From positions 52,390,001 to 52,454,000 of the forward strand of contig OX638154.1 of the NCBI GenBank assembly GCA_951804945.1: a stretch of DNA of 64,000 nucleotides, in the 5' to 3' direction. Numbering within the stretch: position 1 is the stretch's first letter; each line of letters starts with the position of its first letter. Positions 24,524-37,690 of this stretch are shown piece by piece. The DNA is from Podarcis cretensis (taxonomy: Eukaryota). The notes beneath the pieces are model-generated. The model saw nothing but the letters and a program-made list of their open reading frames with translations, made no database searches and was not told the DNA's origin. The position numbers were made by a program, and so were the translations under genes.

Positions 24524-25399
24524 GTCATACCATTGGTCTTAACATATCTGTACATTCAGTGTATGAATCCAGGAAGCTGCTTTATCCTGAGGTCAGATCT
24601 AAGGCCAACCCTAGTTAGTGACCGATGGGGTACAACCCTCTTTTGGGCCTAAATCACTTCAGCTTTGATACAATAAGTTCCTTGTTTGAAGACCCGCATA
24701 TATACACATCCAATACAAAGAGAACATTCCTTGTAAAAATCCTCCTCTCTGAGATTGTCAGACAAGACAATTAGCCATCTCTGAGGTGGAACCATTTTTG
24801 TGTAATGTGCACACAGGCAACTCACCATGCGAAAACCATGTGACAAGGGGCCTATGAAGGCCTTGCCCTGTGTCAATCACAGTACATTTCATCTCATCAG
24901 CAGTTCCTGGCACTAGGAGAACAGAACCTGTAGATTACAAGTCAACAAGCACAGTATCTCAGTCAACACTACAAGGATCCACTTTACCGACCGTTATTAG
25001 CACCACCTTGACATTGCCTGTGAAAAGGGTTCAGTGACAGGAACATACTCTGTTAGGGGACAGTCCACAGGAGCAGCTTCCCCTGTATACGGGGAACTGT
25101 GGCCTATCCTCGGAATGCAGCAAGAGTGGAATACATCGTGAGCCAGGGTAAACATTAATATAGCCATAGCCATTTCTGTGACCACAGCAGCACTTTACAA
25201 GAACTGATCCTGGCTGCCCTTGTGTAACAACCCAATTTCACAGAAACATTTCCCTTTGCAATCATGATTGAAGAGAACCTGCATCCGTACATAAGGGAGA
25301 AACAGCAACAGTAAGTAAAGAAGAACAACGCGATCAGGAAATGCTTCATTACTTTGTACTTTCAGTTAAAGCAGGCAAAAGGGAGACCATTCTGCTTAC

Positions 25400-25428
25400 C
25401 CATACAAATCTTTTACATACAAGAAGTG
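25400..25428 (-). other. Candidate 29-nt exon (HFLYVKDLY-G in phase 0)
   Basis: Minus strand tattttttccag|CACTTCTTGTATGTAAAAGATTTGTATGG|gtaagc; splice signals are the only evidence. Confidence 0.2.
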
Positions 25429-25863
25429 CTGGAAAAAATATTCAAGTCGCATATGTCAATCCAGCTCCATACTTTTTTTCTTGGTCCCTGTCCTCTTTGC
25501 TTTTATTGAATGAAACGTGTGCACACTGTTTTGTAAGATATTCAGGTTGTCGTAACAAAGGTATTGCTCTAATAAAGATTTTGAATTTTCTCCTATAGGC
25601 CAAAACAGCTACCTTGCCTGTGTCACCTGCAACAGTGCCAGTTTCACAGATTCAATCCATCGATAGTCTAAAGCAATCCCACAAGTAAGCTGGTTTCAAG
25701 GTGTTCAAGACTTTATAAACTATGAAATAACTTTGAGGGAACTCTTCCCACACTCCATCTCTTAAGACTCCAACCAGACGCAAATATGGATAACTTGGTT
25801 AACCATCTTGTTTTCCTCTTCTTTCCCCAACTCTCCCAAGCTAAGTACCTTAGCATCTAACCC

Positions 25864-25996
25864 AGGACTGGAGAAACTATGGCCTTCTTGATATCATTGG
25901 ACTACAACTCCCATCATTCCTGACCATTGGCCATGCTGCCGGATGCTGATGAGAGCTGGAGTCCAGCATCTGGAGGGCCATACGTTCTCTGCTCTT
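25864..25996. mobile_element. Short hAT-like MITE of the 'ggactacaactcccatc' family (related copies ~13695-13810, ~14705-14812, ~60135-60235, ~63617-63750)
   Basis: Shared core tggactacaactcccatcat..ctgacca..ggccatgct..gctgatgggag recurs at several positions. Confidence 0.65.
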
Positions 25997-27450
25997 GATT
26001 TAGCCTAATGAAGGTTTCTGAAGAACTACAAAACATTGGCTGACCTACAAAACCAATTGACCTAATGTGTATTTTGGAATTTATTTCTAGGTAGAATTTG
26101 ATGTGGACACCACACTTGCTACACTGCTAGAGCTTTTATTTAATTTTCAGTAAACGTTTGCCTCCTTGAAGTACAATCTTTTTAATAGTAGGCATGCCTC
26201 ATTAACTCTGCCTTGAAAATCAGAAGCAGCAAATGCAGGATGGTGTGGTACTACTGGGGAGGGGAATGTCCATTATTTTGCTTTTAAAGGGAGACTTTCA
26301 GAGAAGATCCTGCAAGAAACCATTTTGTTTTCCCTAAGTTTGAAATCACTCATATCATCCCAATTCCACCCTACTCCACATGTGACCAACTAACAATAAT
26401 GAAGTTGGTCAAGACTTGGAAACAACTTATATAAAGCTGAAACTCCTGTCCATCAATGTTTAACCCAACCTAAGTGGAATTCAGATTATTCTTTGAACCC
26501 AGTTCGTCAACCTGGTCAGTTTTCTTCTATCACTTGCAGGGGGGAAACCTTGGTAGGAAACTGTATGTACTCTAACCGCATGCAAAACAGGGATGTACTA
26601 AATAGGCCCTTTGCTAATCTGGGGTGAAGCAAGTGGGGTTTATTTTTTTGCATAACTCACTGTCATATCCCTATGAATAGTGTGAGAAGAATATTTTTCT
26701 TCTTTAAAATTGCTTAATTTCTGAGATGGGTTACTGACCGTTTGTTTTCTAGCTTATTTATGCATCCCTAAGGACTAGTGACACGAAAAGTAAAATAAAA
26801 GAGAGTCGGAGAATTCTGAATTCTGAGTTTCTTCCATATAGCCATAGTCATACAGAACACACATAGCTTTGTCTATATGAGTCAGGCACATGGAGGGAAA
26901 TGTTCCTGTGTGGGTCTTCAGCCAGCACGACAGCATACAAATTTTAAATACTCAAGCTGTTCAAAGGATCAACAGAAGGCCTCCTTATCACACTCATAAT
27001 TTAGAATAGAAGCTCTTGTACGTGATACAATCCCACACCACTGGAGAGTGTGTGAATACTGCAACCACGGGGGGTGGGCATTGTGGGGAAGGAGAGATTG
27101 ACAATATAATGGAACACTCTCACCAGACCATTGCCCACACTCCCATCAGGGAAGCAATTAGGTGGTATATACCTAGGGAATCAGTCCCACACAGTTGCAA
27201 CATTCACATCCACTTCCCAATGGCATGGGATAACACCATGATGCAGCATGGATGAAGGGGGGAATGCTTTATTAAATCAGCTATAGTGGCATTGACACTT
27301 TAGATTCACAGTTAAACTAAAGAGAGAAAGATCTCATACTTTAAGCGTACTTCCAGACAGCACTGCTTTTCATGGGCAGTTGAGCATTGACTGTGTCACT
27401 ACCACAGTGAATCTGCACAGCTTCAATCGGGGGGGGGGGGGAGAATAATA

Positions 27451-27651
27451 CAGTCGTACCTTGGAAATCGAACCATTCCAGAAGTCTGTTTGACTTCTGA
27501 AGAGTTCGACTTCCAAAGCGTGGCTCCTGCAGCCAATCAGAAGCTGCGGAAGCTCTGTTGGATGTTCAGCTTCCAAAAGAATGTTTGAAAACCAGAACAC
27601 TCACTTCTGGTTTTCGATCGTTCGGGAGCTGAAATGTACGAGTTACGACTG
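27451..27651. mobile_element. Tc1/mariner (Tigger-like) MITE, second family
   Basis: TA-CAGTCGTA ... TACGACTG-TA termini. Confidence 0.85.
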
Positions 27652-28279
27652 TACTGGCAAAAGCTGGAAGAAGGAGGAAGAGGACTGATTTTCACATGTG
27701 TAAACCAACGTGAATGTGCAATACTGAAAACTCACCACTAGGAGATAAGCATAAGTGGAGAAACTGCAGATGGAATGGAATCGCAAACCAATAGCCACTG
27801 TTAAGACTTGTGATGATCTTACTATCCAGCCCCACTTAGAAAACACACCATATAACCAGTAGGTAATCAGCCAAACCACCATTGATGCACCATTCCAAGT
27901 TTAGCTCTGTCTCCTTCCTTGCTACCTCTCCCCAAACATTTAAACAAGGAACCCACGGCATGTCCAAAAGGTCCAAACCTTTCCAGATACATTCCAGTTT
28001 GAAAGTTGAAACACACCATCACAGTCACACATTACTAACATGCCAAAGCAGAGCTTTCTTTGGCTTTCCCCATTGCTCTGTGCCCAGAACACACATTCCA
28101 GTAATCTCTCCACTGCAGCTCACATTGCTGGGGCAGCCATGACCACAGCCACAATCCCGGGAAGGATCCTACCTCTGCACAAGGCTGTCCAAGAACTTGA
28201 CAGGGCTCTGTTTGAAAAAAAGCTGTTGAAAGAAATGATCTCTTTAAGTGCAATGGGGAGATATTTGTCTCTGATTTAC

Positions 28280-28342
28280 CCTTGGCTTTTTGCTCTGGTT
28301 CAGGTAGGAGCGGCGTGGGATGGCTGGCAGATCTGAGAGCAT
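28280..28342 (-). CDS. Candidate (alternative) first coding exon of an unidentified gene, MLSDLPAIPRRSYLNQSKKPR
   Basis: gccATG context at 28342, 21 open codons, then AGG|GTAAAT donor-like site; local CpG enrichment. No homology recognised. Confidence 0.3.
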
Positions 28343-31141
28343 GGCACGCCCCAGCGGGCAAAGCGCGCAGTGCGGAGGAATGCGAGAGTCAGTTTGGAGT
28401 GCTCTCCATTTATCAAACTCATGCAGCNNNNNNNNNNNNNNNNNNNNNNNNNNNNNNNNNNNNNNNNNNNNNNNNNNNNNNNNNNNNNNNNNNNNNNNNN
28501 NNNNNNNNNNNNNNNNNNNNNNNNNNNNNNNNNNNNNNNNNNNNNNNNNNNNNNNNNNNNNNNNNNNNNNNNNNNNNNNNNNNGAGAGAGCCAGAGCAAC
28601 TCCAGATAATAAAGAGAACCAAGAAAGGGGAAAGGAGAGAAAAAAAAGCGAAGAAAGAGAAAAGAAAAGAAAAGATATCTGACCTGACTCTGCCATCTAC
28701 CTTAACAGAACCTCAACGAGAGCCGGCTCAGCAGAGCTTTAGAGAATGTAAAACATTGCTCAAAAGAGAGAGGGCTCGTTAGCAGCAACTGCCAGCCGGG
28801 TGTTTGGCTGGAATCCTTTTCACTTCCAGCTTCGCTTTAGGTCGTAAGTGGTAATAAGTTTGTTGGTTTCTATTGCAGCTTCCCAATCTGCTCTCTTTAA
28901 GGGGAGATTTCCAGCGCATGCTCGCTTTTTCTTTTCCACAACCAGCCAGCCGTCCACGGCCTTGCAGTAGCCTAGCACAGGATGCCACAGGTCAGGATGA
29001 AGATGTGTTGGAAGCCCAGAACTTGAGGAAACTGATGTTTCAGGTGGTCTGTTTCTGGTAGCAAAGGACCAGATAAGAAGGGATGCCAAGCATCAGCATG
29101 GAAGGGCGCCAGCAGAGGAGACAGTGCCTGCGTGAAGCCCAAGCAGCTGACGTCAGAATGATTACATCCCTCTAATGCACAAACACTGGTTGTTACTTGT
29201 CTCCTTCTGTCAGAATAGGGCACTCCAAGAGGACAGAATATTGAAGAGGCGATTCCAAGCAGCTGGGCTTCATGAAAAATAATGCCTTCATTTTGTAATG
29301 AGTATTAATAAATAAGAGAGCATCTAAGAAATACTAAAGAAATAAAGTCTGTGGGACTCAGTGCAGGAAGTACAATATCCCAATGGTCTGGTATTGCTGG
29401 GCTACATGCTCAGGTTCAAGTGCATTCACACAAGCCTTGCAATTAGTTACCCATGGCAAGTGATTATCTATTGGATTTGATATTTATATACCTGGGTCTA
29501 TTTGACCAAAACCAACCCAATACCAACTAGTAAGCAAGTGACTAGCTTTGCCAATGAGAAACAAGAAAGAGGTGTCAGCACACTAGGGAGAACCCTGAGG
29601 TTTGCAAACATAGGTGGCTTTAACACAAGGTTTAAAAACATATGGAAGGGGCCCCCAAAACAACCCAATGAGGACTGCTTTCTCTCTCACCTTCAGTTTC
29701 CCCTTGTTCAAATAAGGGAAATTGCGGGAAGGAAGAAAAGAAATAATAGAATATATCCTAAAATTAATGTCAGGACAAATTAAGGTTGTAATGTGTTATG
29801 CATAGTTAAGGTGTACGCAAATAAGTCTTTCCACTGAAGGTTCAATTCCTTTACTGTTAATTAAGATCATTAAGGCATATATATCCTCTTGCTGCGATGG
29901 TGCCCAAACCACTTTCCCCTGGAAAAAAGATGGAAACCATTGACATTGACTAGAGTAGTCTCTACGCAGTAAACTGTGATGTTATATGCCTACTCTAAAG
30001 CATCTGGAACTGGACACTGTTAGAAATAATATAGCTATAATACTGGGCTAAATGGGCCATTGGTTTGACCCCCAAAAGATTGTTCTTATATTATGCACTG
30101 CTCCACTGATGTTTTAATAGTCTTTCATATCTCATCCCATTAACTATCCTGCCCCTGCTTAAATCCCTCAAAAAACCTCATCTCGATCCTGTGCCTAACC
30201 TCCCTCTGTCTGCAAGGACCTTGGGTGTGCACTGCTTCATGCATCATGTGGTACAGAGCTAACACAGCATGTGCCAAATCACATCTACCACAGGTGGATT
30301 TTAATGCCATGTTAAATGTTGAGGCAGGATACTGCCCCCTTTCAGATACTGCCGCTTCCAAAAAATAAAAATAAAAAACCCCCCCACAGAAGGCTAGGGT
30401 GGCTTTTAAAAAACTATTCTATATTACTTCAAGCTTTGAAGTACAGAGAATAGCAACACTCACATGCGGGTTGATTTTTCTTTTTAAATGCTGCCTTTAT
30501 CAGAATAAATCTTTTCCTCCTCTGTATCACTGGAGATAGATAATCAAGTCAAAAAAGAAAGTCTCTTCTAACAATAGATTTCTTTTTCTTTCTGAACTTC
30601 AAATGGGAAACTCTTATCTCCAGCCACAGTTGACCAAGAGAAGAAAAGAACAGAACACACAGGCACACTCACCAAACCTTCCATTTACTCCAAAGGCCAT
30701 GCTAGCTCCACATACCCGCACCACTTCCCCCTCTGCTTAACAGAGAGAGGCATTCAGAACATTTTATAGGACGTATTTACTCACTAGAAACACTCTTGAA
30801 ACAGAATGCTCCTTTTTGCTCAGAAGATGAACTTTGGTCTCTAAAATGGTATCTCGCCAGGTAAGTGTAGCTGCTCTGAGCATGAGAGATTTTCAAAGAC
30901 AGCTTCCATGCCCAATCCTCTCTGACCAGCACTGTGAGCTTCCCAAAGGTATCTGGGGATCCAGCTTTGGGAAATGTTCCCATTTTTTCCAGTTCTTCAT
31001 TGCCAGGTATATCTGGGGGACTCCTTTTGTTCCCATACAAAACCATTGTGGCCTTTAACCCTTTGAATTATCACTGGAGGTTACAAATCTTCTTAGGAAA
31101 ATCATGGGGGATTTCATAAGGCACTGATTTGGAGAAACATA

Positions 31142-31500
31142 GGGGCGCGGGTGGCGCTGTGGGTAAAACCTCAGTGCCTGGGACTTGCTGATCGTATGGT
31201 TGGCAGTTCGAATCCTCGCGGCGGGGTGAGCTCCCGTCTTTCGGTCCCAGCTCCTTCCCACCTAGCAGTTCGAAAGCACTCCTAAGTGCAAGTAGATAAA
31301 TAGGGACCGCTTTATAGCGGGAAGGTAAACGGCGTTTCCATGTGCTGCGCTGGTGCTGGCTCACCAGAGGCAGCTTCGTCACACTGGCCACGTGACCCGG
31401 AAGTGTCTTCGGACAGCACTGGCTCCCGGCCTCTTGAGCGAGATGAGCGCACAACCCTAGAGTCGGACACGACTGGCCCATACGGGCAGGGGTACCTTTT
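31142..31500 (+). mobile_element. Full-length Sauria SINE
   Basis: Same head, core and GGTACCTTT end as the copy at 19281. Confidence 0.95.
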
Positions 31501-33147
31501 AGGGCTAACCTACACTTAGCTTTTGCCCCGCTATTTTCAGGCACAGGCCCATGCTTAAAAACTCTGAGTCCGAGCCTTTGTTTGTTTCTGCCCAAAGCTT
31601 GTTTGTTTGTTTTTCTGTCTGTTTTTGCCTTGCTCTTTAGCACTCAATTGGAGCAAACCTCAATTCGAGTTTGAGCTTTAAAGAGCAGGTTTTCTGAGAG
31701 AAAGCTCCAGAACAAATGGGGGAGGGCGCCTCTCTCCGATAAAAAAAAAATCAGATATAAGTAGTTTATGCCAGTGAAAATATGACCATATACAGCTACT
31801 AGCCCAGAAAAAATACAATCCCAAAACAAAATGCTACAATTTCCTTTGTAATTTGTTCAAAATATCAATTATTCTACCAATGTCTATGGAAACACCACTG
31901 GCTTTCTCTGAGGAATCTGCATTAGAACAGTCTCAGAAGCCTCCCTCTCACATGGGATGATCTATCATACAAGGTACCCTCACTTCAAGCTGCCTGATGA
32001 CTGATGTTCCACTAGCAGCGTGTTGGGATTGGCTGAGCACCCAGACAAATGCTCTATAATCCCTTTTTTCCTCTCCTCCTCTGCCAATGTCTCCCATGAG
32101 AGGTGTGATGATAGACGGTGACATAACTGACTGTTCCCAATCAAGGTAATGTAAGTAATGACAGCTGACGTGATTCCTGGAACGTGTTTCCAGCGGCCGG
32201 CCTATCTGCTTTGCCTACTATAGCAGAACATGGCAGCGCGTACGGAAAGGGGGGAAGCGGGGGAAGAACCTTAGCACAGATCTTTAAAAAGTTAAAGAGT
32301 GCCTACTGGAAGCTCTAAACCGAAAAACTGCATCAAAACCAGAAGTACCACAAAGGCCCCATTAACACATAATCTGCCCCAGGAAAGAACTCCAATAACC
32401 TAAACTCCTCTCATGCTTTGGTGGGAGTCCAAGAGGTGAAATTGTGTGACTAAGTGGTACCCACAGTCATGGTGACATGAACACCTGCTACATGAAAACC
32501 TCCAAGCTCAGAATGGCTTCATATGTTACAGAAAAATGTGCCGGCAGGGAAGCAGAGATGTGGGGAATACGTGTCTGATTTCCAGTTCATTCAGGCTCTG
32601 AAGCAGCAGTCCACAAATCTTGGCTGACATTATTAGTGACCATTCCCAGCCCTACGACTCCCCTGAGTTTTCTGCCATACACAAAAGGATCTATGGGTAA
32701 AGAGCAGTGGACTTCTCCCTTTGCACCAAGCTGGAAGACACCCCAAAGCAGTAAGAATATCTTTGAACCCTGCAACCCAAATCCCAGCCCAGTACAGAGG
32801 ACTGGAGGAAAGGGAGGGGTTAATGTCTCACTCGACAACAGGCAAAAAGCGCTTCCCCCAAAGGTGAGAGAGACTTCCCCACCCCACCCCACCCCACGGC
32901 ATAAAGGAAGGTGACTGGGCTGCGATTCTAGTGGCTTTGGTTTGATAGGCAATGAGTCATGTGCAACTCTGGGGATGTCTGTTGAGTCTGCAAACCATAA
33001 AGGCAGCAGCAAAAGCTGGCTGCTGTAGCTAACTTGATCTTAAAATGACACAATTGCTGCTGCACCTTATCCTCGTATAGCTTGGGGTTAGTGAGCCTGT
33101 CAAAGCAACAGCAGGGAGGAGGAATGTGAATATTTTCAGACAACAAA

Positions 33148-33751
33148 TGTCATGGACGGGTTGGACACAGAGGAATGGTGGGAGGAACCAGCCAGGGTAC
33201 CACCAAGGGAAGGAGGAGGCTCAGAGCCCGGAGAGTGGTGGTGGGATGACAGTGAGTGATTGGAGGGAGAAGACTGGGAAGAAGAAGTGTCGGGAGCTGA
33301 AGGGGTAACAAGGCTTAGTGAGCTGGGAGAGTCTGTGGCAGAGGCAGAAGCTGAAGCAGGCAAGTGGAAAGAGGGAGGCCAAGAGGCAGAGATGAGTCAG
33401 GCTGGTGAAGAGTCATGAGTGTCTCCGCCTCCTGCTGCAACTATTTCCCCTCACCACTTGTCTTCCAGAACCAGAAGAGGCATGAAAAGTGTTGAAAAGA
33501 GGTTGGCTGCACACAGGAGCAGTCTTTGATTGCTTGGGGAAAGCCCTGGAATGGAGTGGAATCATAGGCTGTGAGGAGGTGAGGACTTACAGCCTTGGCA
33601 ACTGATTTTCATGGAGTGAGACCACCATGAATGAGCTGATGTGCTCATTAGGCATGACACTCAGCCAGATCTGTGAAATCGTGTTTCTGTTAATAAAGAG
33701 TTAACTCCAACTTTGAACTGTGTGATTATTGACCAGCACATTGCTATGACA
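33148..33751 (+). mobile_element. Solo-LTR-like element (~600 bp)
   Basis: TGTCAT...ATGACA inverted termini (TG..CA), purine-rich body, AATAAA ~55 bp before the 3' end; no convincing TSD. Confidence 0.55.
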
Positions 33752-33761
33752 ACTGACAATG

Positions 33762-34030
33762 TAGGCCCAAATACCTGAAAGACTGCCTCCTTCCCTACAG
33801 GCCCTCCTGGGTGTTAAGGTTGGGGGGGGTGTCTCAGAAGTTCAAGTGGAGGTGCCCTGGGAGAGGGCATTTTTCATGGCATTCCCTCTCCACTATATTG
33901 CCTTTGACACCCACCATATATGTACATTGTTTAACTTATTTTAATATAGTATATTTATATTGTTATAATCTGCCCTGGAACCTTGTGGTAATGCTTGAGC
34001 AAGAAATCCAATAAAACTAACAACAACAAG
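33762..34030 (+). mobile_element. Old L2 3' fragment
   Basis: ggcccaaatacctgaaagactgcctc (GPKYLKD-like), gagagggcattttt, AT-rich UTR and (CAA)n tail. Confidence 0.6.
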
Positions 34031-36374
34031 TTAGCTTGCATAATTCACATGGCGACAATCCATGGAAAGTATAATTCTACATAAATATATAGTCCACTCT
34101 TAGTTGCCTGTTAAATAACAAATGAAGTATGCAACCAATTGGTGTCTACCCACAAGAAAAGCCAACATAAATTATTGGGAGTAGTGAGCATTGTGTGTAT
34201 ACTGAATCTATACAAACACACAGCATAAAGAACCTGAATTTTGGAACAATGCTAATTTTAAAAGCAACACATTGGTAGCCATCATGGTTAAGAGAAAAAA
34301 TGCAAAAATACTATCGCAAAAGGCTCTGAATGGTAAGAAGGCAAGGCTCCTGCCATGTAAAACCTCATTGTCTTTCCTCATATGTTCCTTGGACCAGGCT
34401 GTCCTACCACATAATTATCCCCAGCTTCACCTCATTTCTTACCCTCCACCACCACCAATTCCTTTCATACAGTTGGAATTCTGCAAAAACCAAAATCTTG
34501 CAATCAGTATGAAAATAAGTTTATTTCATGCCAACTAGCACCGTTTAGTCACTGGGCAGAATTCAAATTTCTTAGGATGAAATGAAAACATAATGTGTGC
34601 CCAGGAATATGGTCCAGTGGGCAGAGGGATATCATATTTCTCACTCGGAGTTCAGCCAAGTCATTGGTCTGCCCAGTCACTTCAAAAAAAGTCTAGCAAA
34701 TATATCATGTGATTTAATATCTGCAGCGTTCCAAAGGAGAAGATAATGGGCTGGATTCAACTAAATAGTTACACTAGCGGGAGCCTGCACAATGGGGTTC
34801 CCCCTCTCCCCTCATAGCTCTTGGGGGTCAGGAGAACACCCAGAACAGTGCAAGCAAATAAGAAAGGCAAGTGAGTTTGCTTGCCTGATGAAACAGCAAT
34901 GCTTGCACTGGCAGAGCAATCTCCTTAGTGCAACTTTCAAATCCACTAAAACTATAAAGCCCAAGTATAGGCATCAGAGGACTGGAGTTCTACTCCTAAA
35001 TCTATCTTTAAACTTTCCGAGTCTCAGTGGAAAATATTTAACATCAGTTTTAGCTCCCTCGCTATAAAGTTTGTTTCTAATATTAACAAATGCAAAACAC
35101 TTGGAACCCCTGGATTGGGAAGGACTAGGGAAGTCAAAAGGTTATGTGGACTATTTAATTTCTTTCTGCACTGGAAAGCTATGGAAATTTGTATGGGAAC
35201 ATAGTGAAAATATCAGTAAGTATTTGAAAGTAGGTAATACAGAATAATCTGAGCAGTGCTTAATTTAAAGACAAATAGGTAAGAGGACTTCTATTAATAA
35301 TAGAATCCCAGCAAATACAAGAGGGTTGGTCCAGTTAGTGCTGACCAAGGAGAACTAAACTCACTCGCCCTCCTTGGGCACATCCATGGAAGAACCCTTA
35401 CAAAGTTGCAAGTTGCTCATCGTATCTCACCCAGAAAAAAAATTGCATGGAACGTGCCATCATTTACCTCTTGCGCTATTGCTCAGCAGAGCTAATAAAT
35501 CTTGCATGAGCAGAGCAGATTGTAATTTTCTAATATGAAAAGGCATTTGGATTGAAAGAGGGAGGGAAAGATAAAAGTGATTGAATCCCAAGTAGCCCAG
35601 GGTCAGTGACAAGACACTCCCAAGAAGCATGGCTCCCTCTTCTCTCTCAAGCTTTTCATACATCCATTTCTCCCTACTCTCCACATGTTCTGTCTTAACT
35701 TCCCTTATTGACAGCACATTGCTTTAAATGGTTACACAAGTTATCATTTTCCCCTTCTGATCAATCTGAATTTTCAGGGCAATTACCCTCTTAATCAATT
35801 ATTGCCACCCAAAGCCCCTCAGATTCTTCCTCAGCCAAGCAGTTACACCTCTCTGGTGCAGACAGTACACACAGAAGCAATGAAGCTGGGGGCAACGCCA
35901 GCACAGGCAAGTCCATCTTACGTAGACACACCTGCCTGCTGCAAGACTGGAAAAGTGTGAAGGCCACTTCAAGGAACACCTGATAAAAAGAAATGAGCAT
36001 GTGTAGGTGGAAGGCCATTAGAGAAGGAAACCAATATGTAAGGATCCACAAGTAAAGGGGGGAACCAATCGCCTAGCTGGAGAGTAAACAAATTTATGCA
36101 GCCAGGCTGCCTGTAGGCCATGAAGAAGCTACATGATTAAGGACTGCTTAATCCCTAGAAAGGCAAATAAAAAGCCACAATATTTGACAAGGCCCAAAAT
36201 CAGCAGTCCAACTGCTTCAGTACGTGTCCATTTCACAACAAAACCCATATTAACCACACCGCTACTCAACTGACTTCTGGCAGCTTTGTTATGACACAAT
36301 AAATGTGAGTTGAACTCAAATCCAGGACAATGCTGCACAGACCCTCTCAACCCACATCCACAATAAACCTAGTA

Positions 36375-36615
36375 CAGTGGTACCTCGGCTTACATACGCT
36401 TCAGGTTACATACACTTCAGGTTACAGACTCCTCTAACCCAGAAATACACCTCGGGTTTAGAACTTTGCTTCAGGATGAGAACAGAAATCGTGCTCCGGC
36501 GGCACAGCAGCAGCGGGAGGCCCCATTAGCTAAAGTGGTGCTTCAGGTTAAGAACAGTTTCAGGTTAAGAATGGACCTCTGGAACGAATTAGGTTCTTAA
36601 CCTGAGGTACCACTG
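36375..36615. mobile_element. Tc1/mariner (Tigger-like) MITE, same family as 9317
   Basis: TA-CAGTGGTACCTC ... GAGGTACCACTG-TA; body highly similar to 9317-9543. Confidence 0.93.
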
Positions 36616-37559
36616 TATGTCTTAAGAATCTGCAAATTTCGTACATCTGGTACATTTCCTGTTAATGGCAAAATTCCACTTTAGTAACTCTTAAAATATA
36701 AAATTTGTTGGCTAGAATTGTTTGATTAAGCAATTGTTCTGGCTTAAATCACACTGATTGCAGAAAGCAACCTCTCTCAAAATGTGCTGCTGTTGTTTTT
36801 TTTATCAAGGATACCGATTCCAACTACTCTTTCTGAATTTGTTGTGCTACATTCTTTTTCAACTAAAGCTCAGAAAGATTAAGTTATGCCAGCAAGATTT
36901 TACTGAGTAAACACAATCCTGTTCCAATGTGGAATTTTGTATATACTCTTTGGTCCTATTGAATCTAGAAAAGCAGAATAAATCTTGTGGAATCTGCTTC
37001 AACTGCTCCTACTATCCCCAAGTTCACTTTAGAGGCAACACCATCAACATTTTGAGAAGGACAGCCGGTGTTCTATAATGCTAGTGCTAACAGTGCTAGC
37101 AGATTTTTTCCAGGTGCTGCAAGGTCTTTGCCAATCTGACCCACAAGATAACAAGATAGATCCCTGGAAGTCAGCTGCGACATGCGTACCACACGTTTTG
37201 AAGTTAAAAATGCTTGTATGCATTTCAACCTGATCTCTGCTTTATGTGCAAGTCCATGAGTGAATACACCCAGAGAACCATCTAGTCTTGTTTTCAGTTG
37301 TGGAGGATCGATGTTGTTGACAAGGTGCTTGGAGAACTGCAATTAACCTGTTTGCTTGCCCCTTGCCCCTCCGAGATTTTAACATCAAATGGTAGAGGAT
37401 TGGCCAGCTGAATCCAGGAAGTTATAAGTGTCTCAGCCGCATTAAAAGAGAGGGTCATAAGGCCACTCTTGAAAAAATCCCCTCTAGGCCTCTCAGTATG
37501 ATTTCAGTTATAAGTTAATCATAAATATTCCCTTTTGGGACAAGGTACTCAAACAGACA

Positions 37560-37690
37560 ATAACATAAGAAGAGTCCTCCTGGTTCCAGGAAGCTCATCT
37601 TCTCCAGTATCCTGCTCTCACAGTGGCCAACCAGATGCCTATGGGAAGCCTCCAAGAAGATCCTGAGTGAAACAGCAGAACATAGCCAGC
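37560..37690 (-). mobile_element. CR1 3' UTR fragment
   Basis: acataagaagag..ctctcacagtggccaaccagatgcctatggg is the reverse complement of the CR1 3' end at ~54245-54330. Confidence 0.7.

Noticed and set aside
31071-31643. 190-aa minus-strand ORF
   Set aside because: Antisense read-through of a Sauria SINE.
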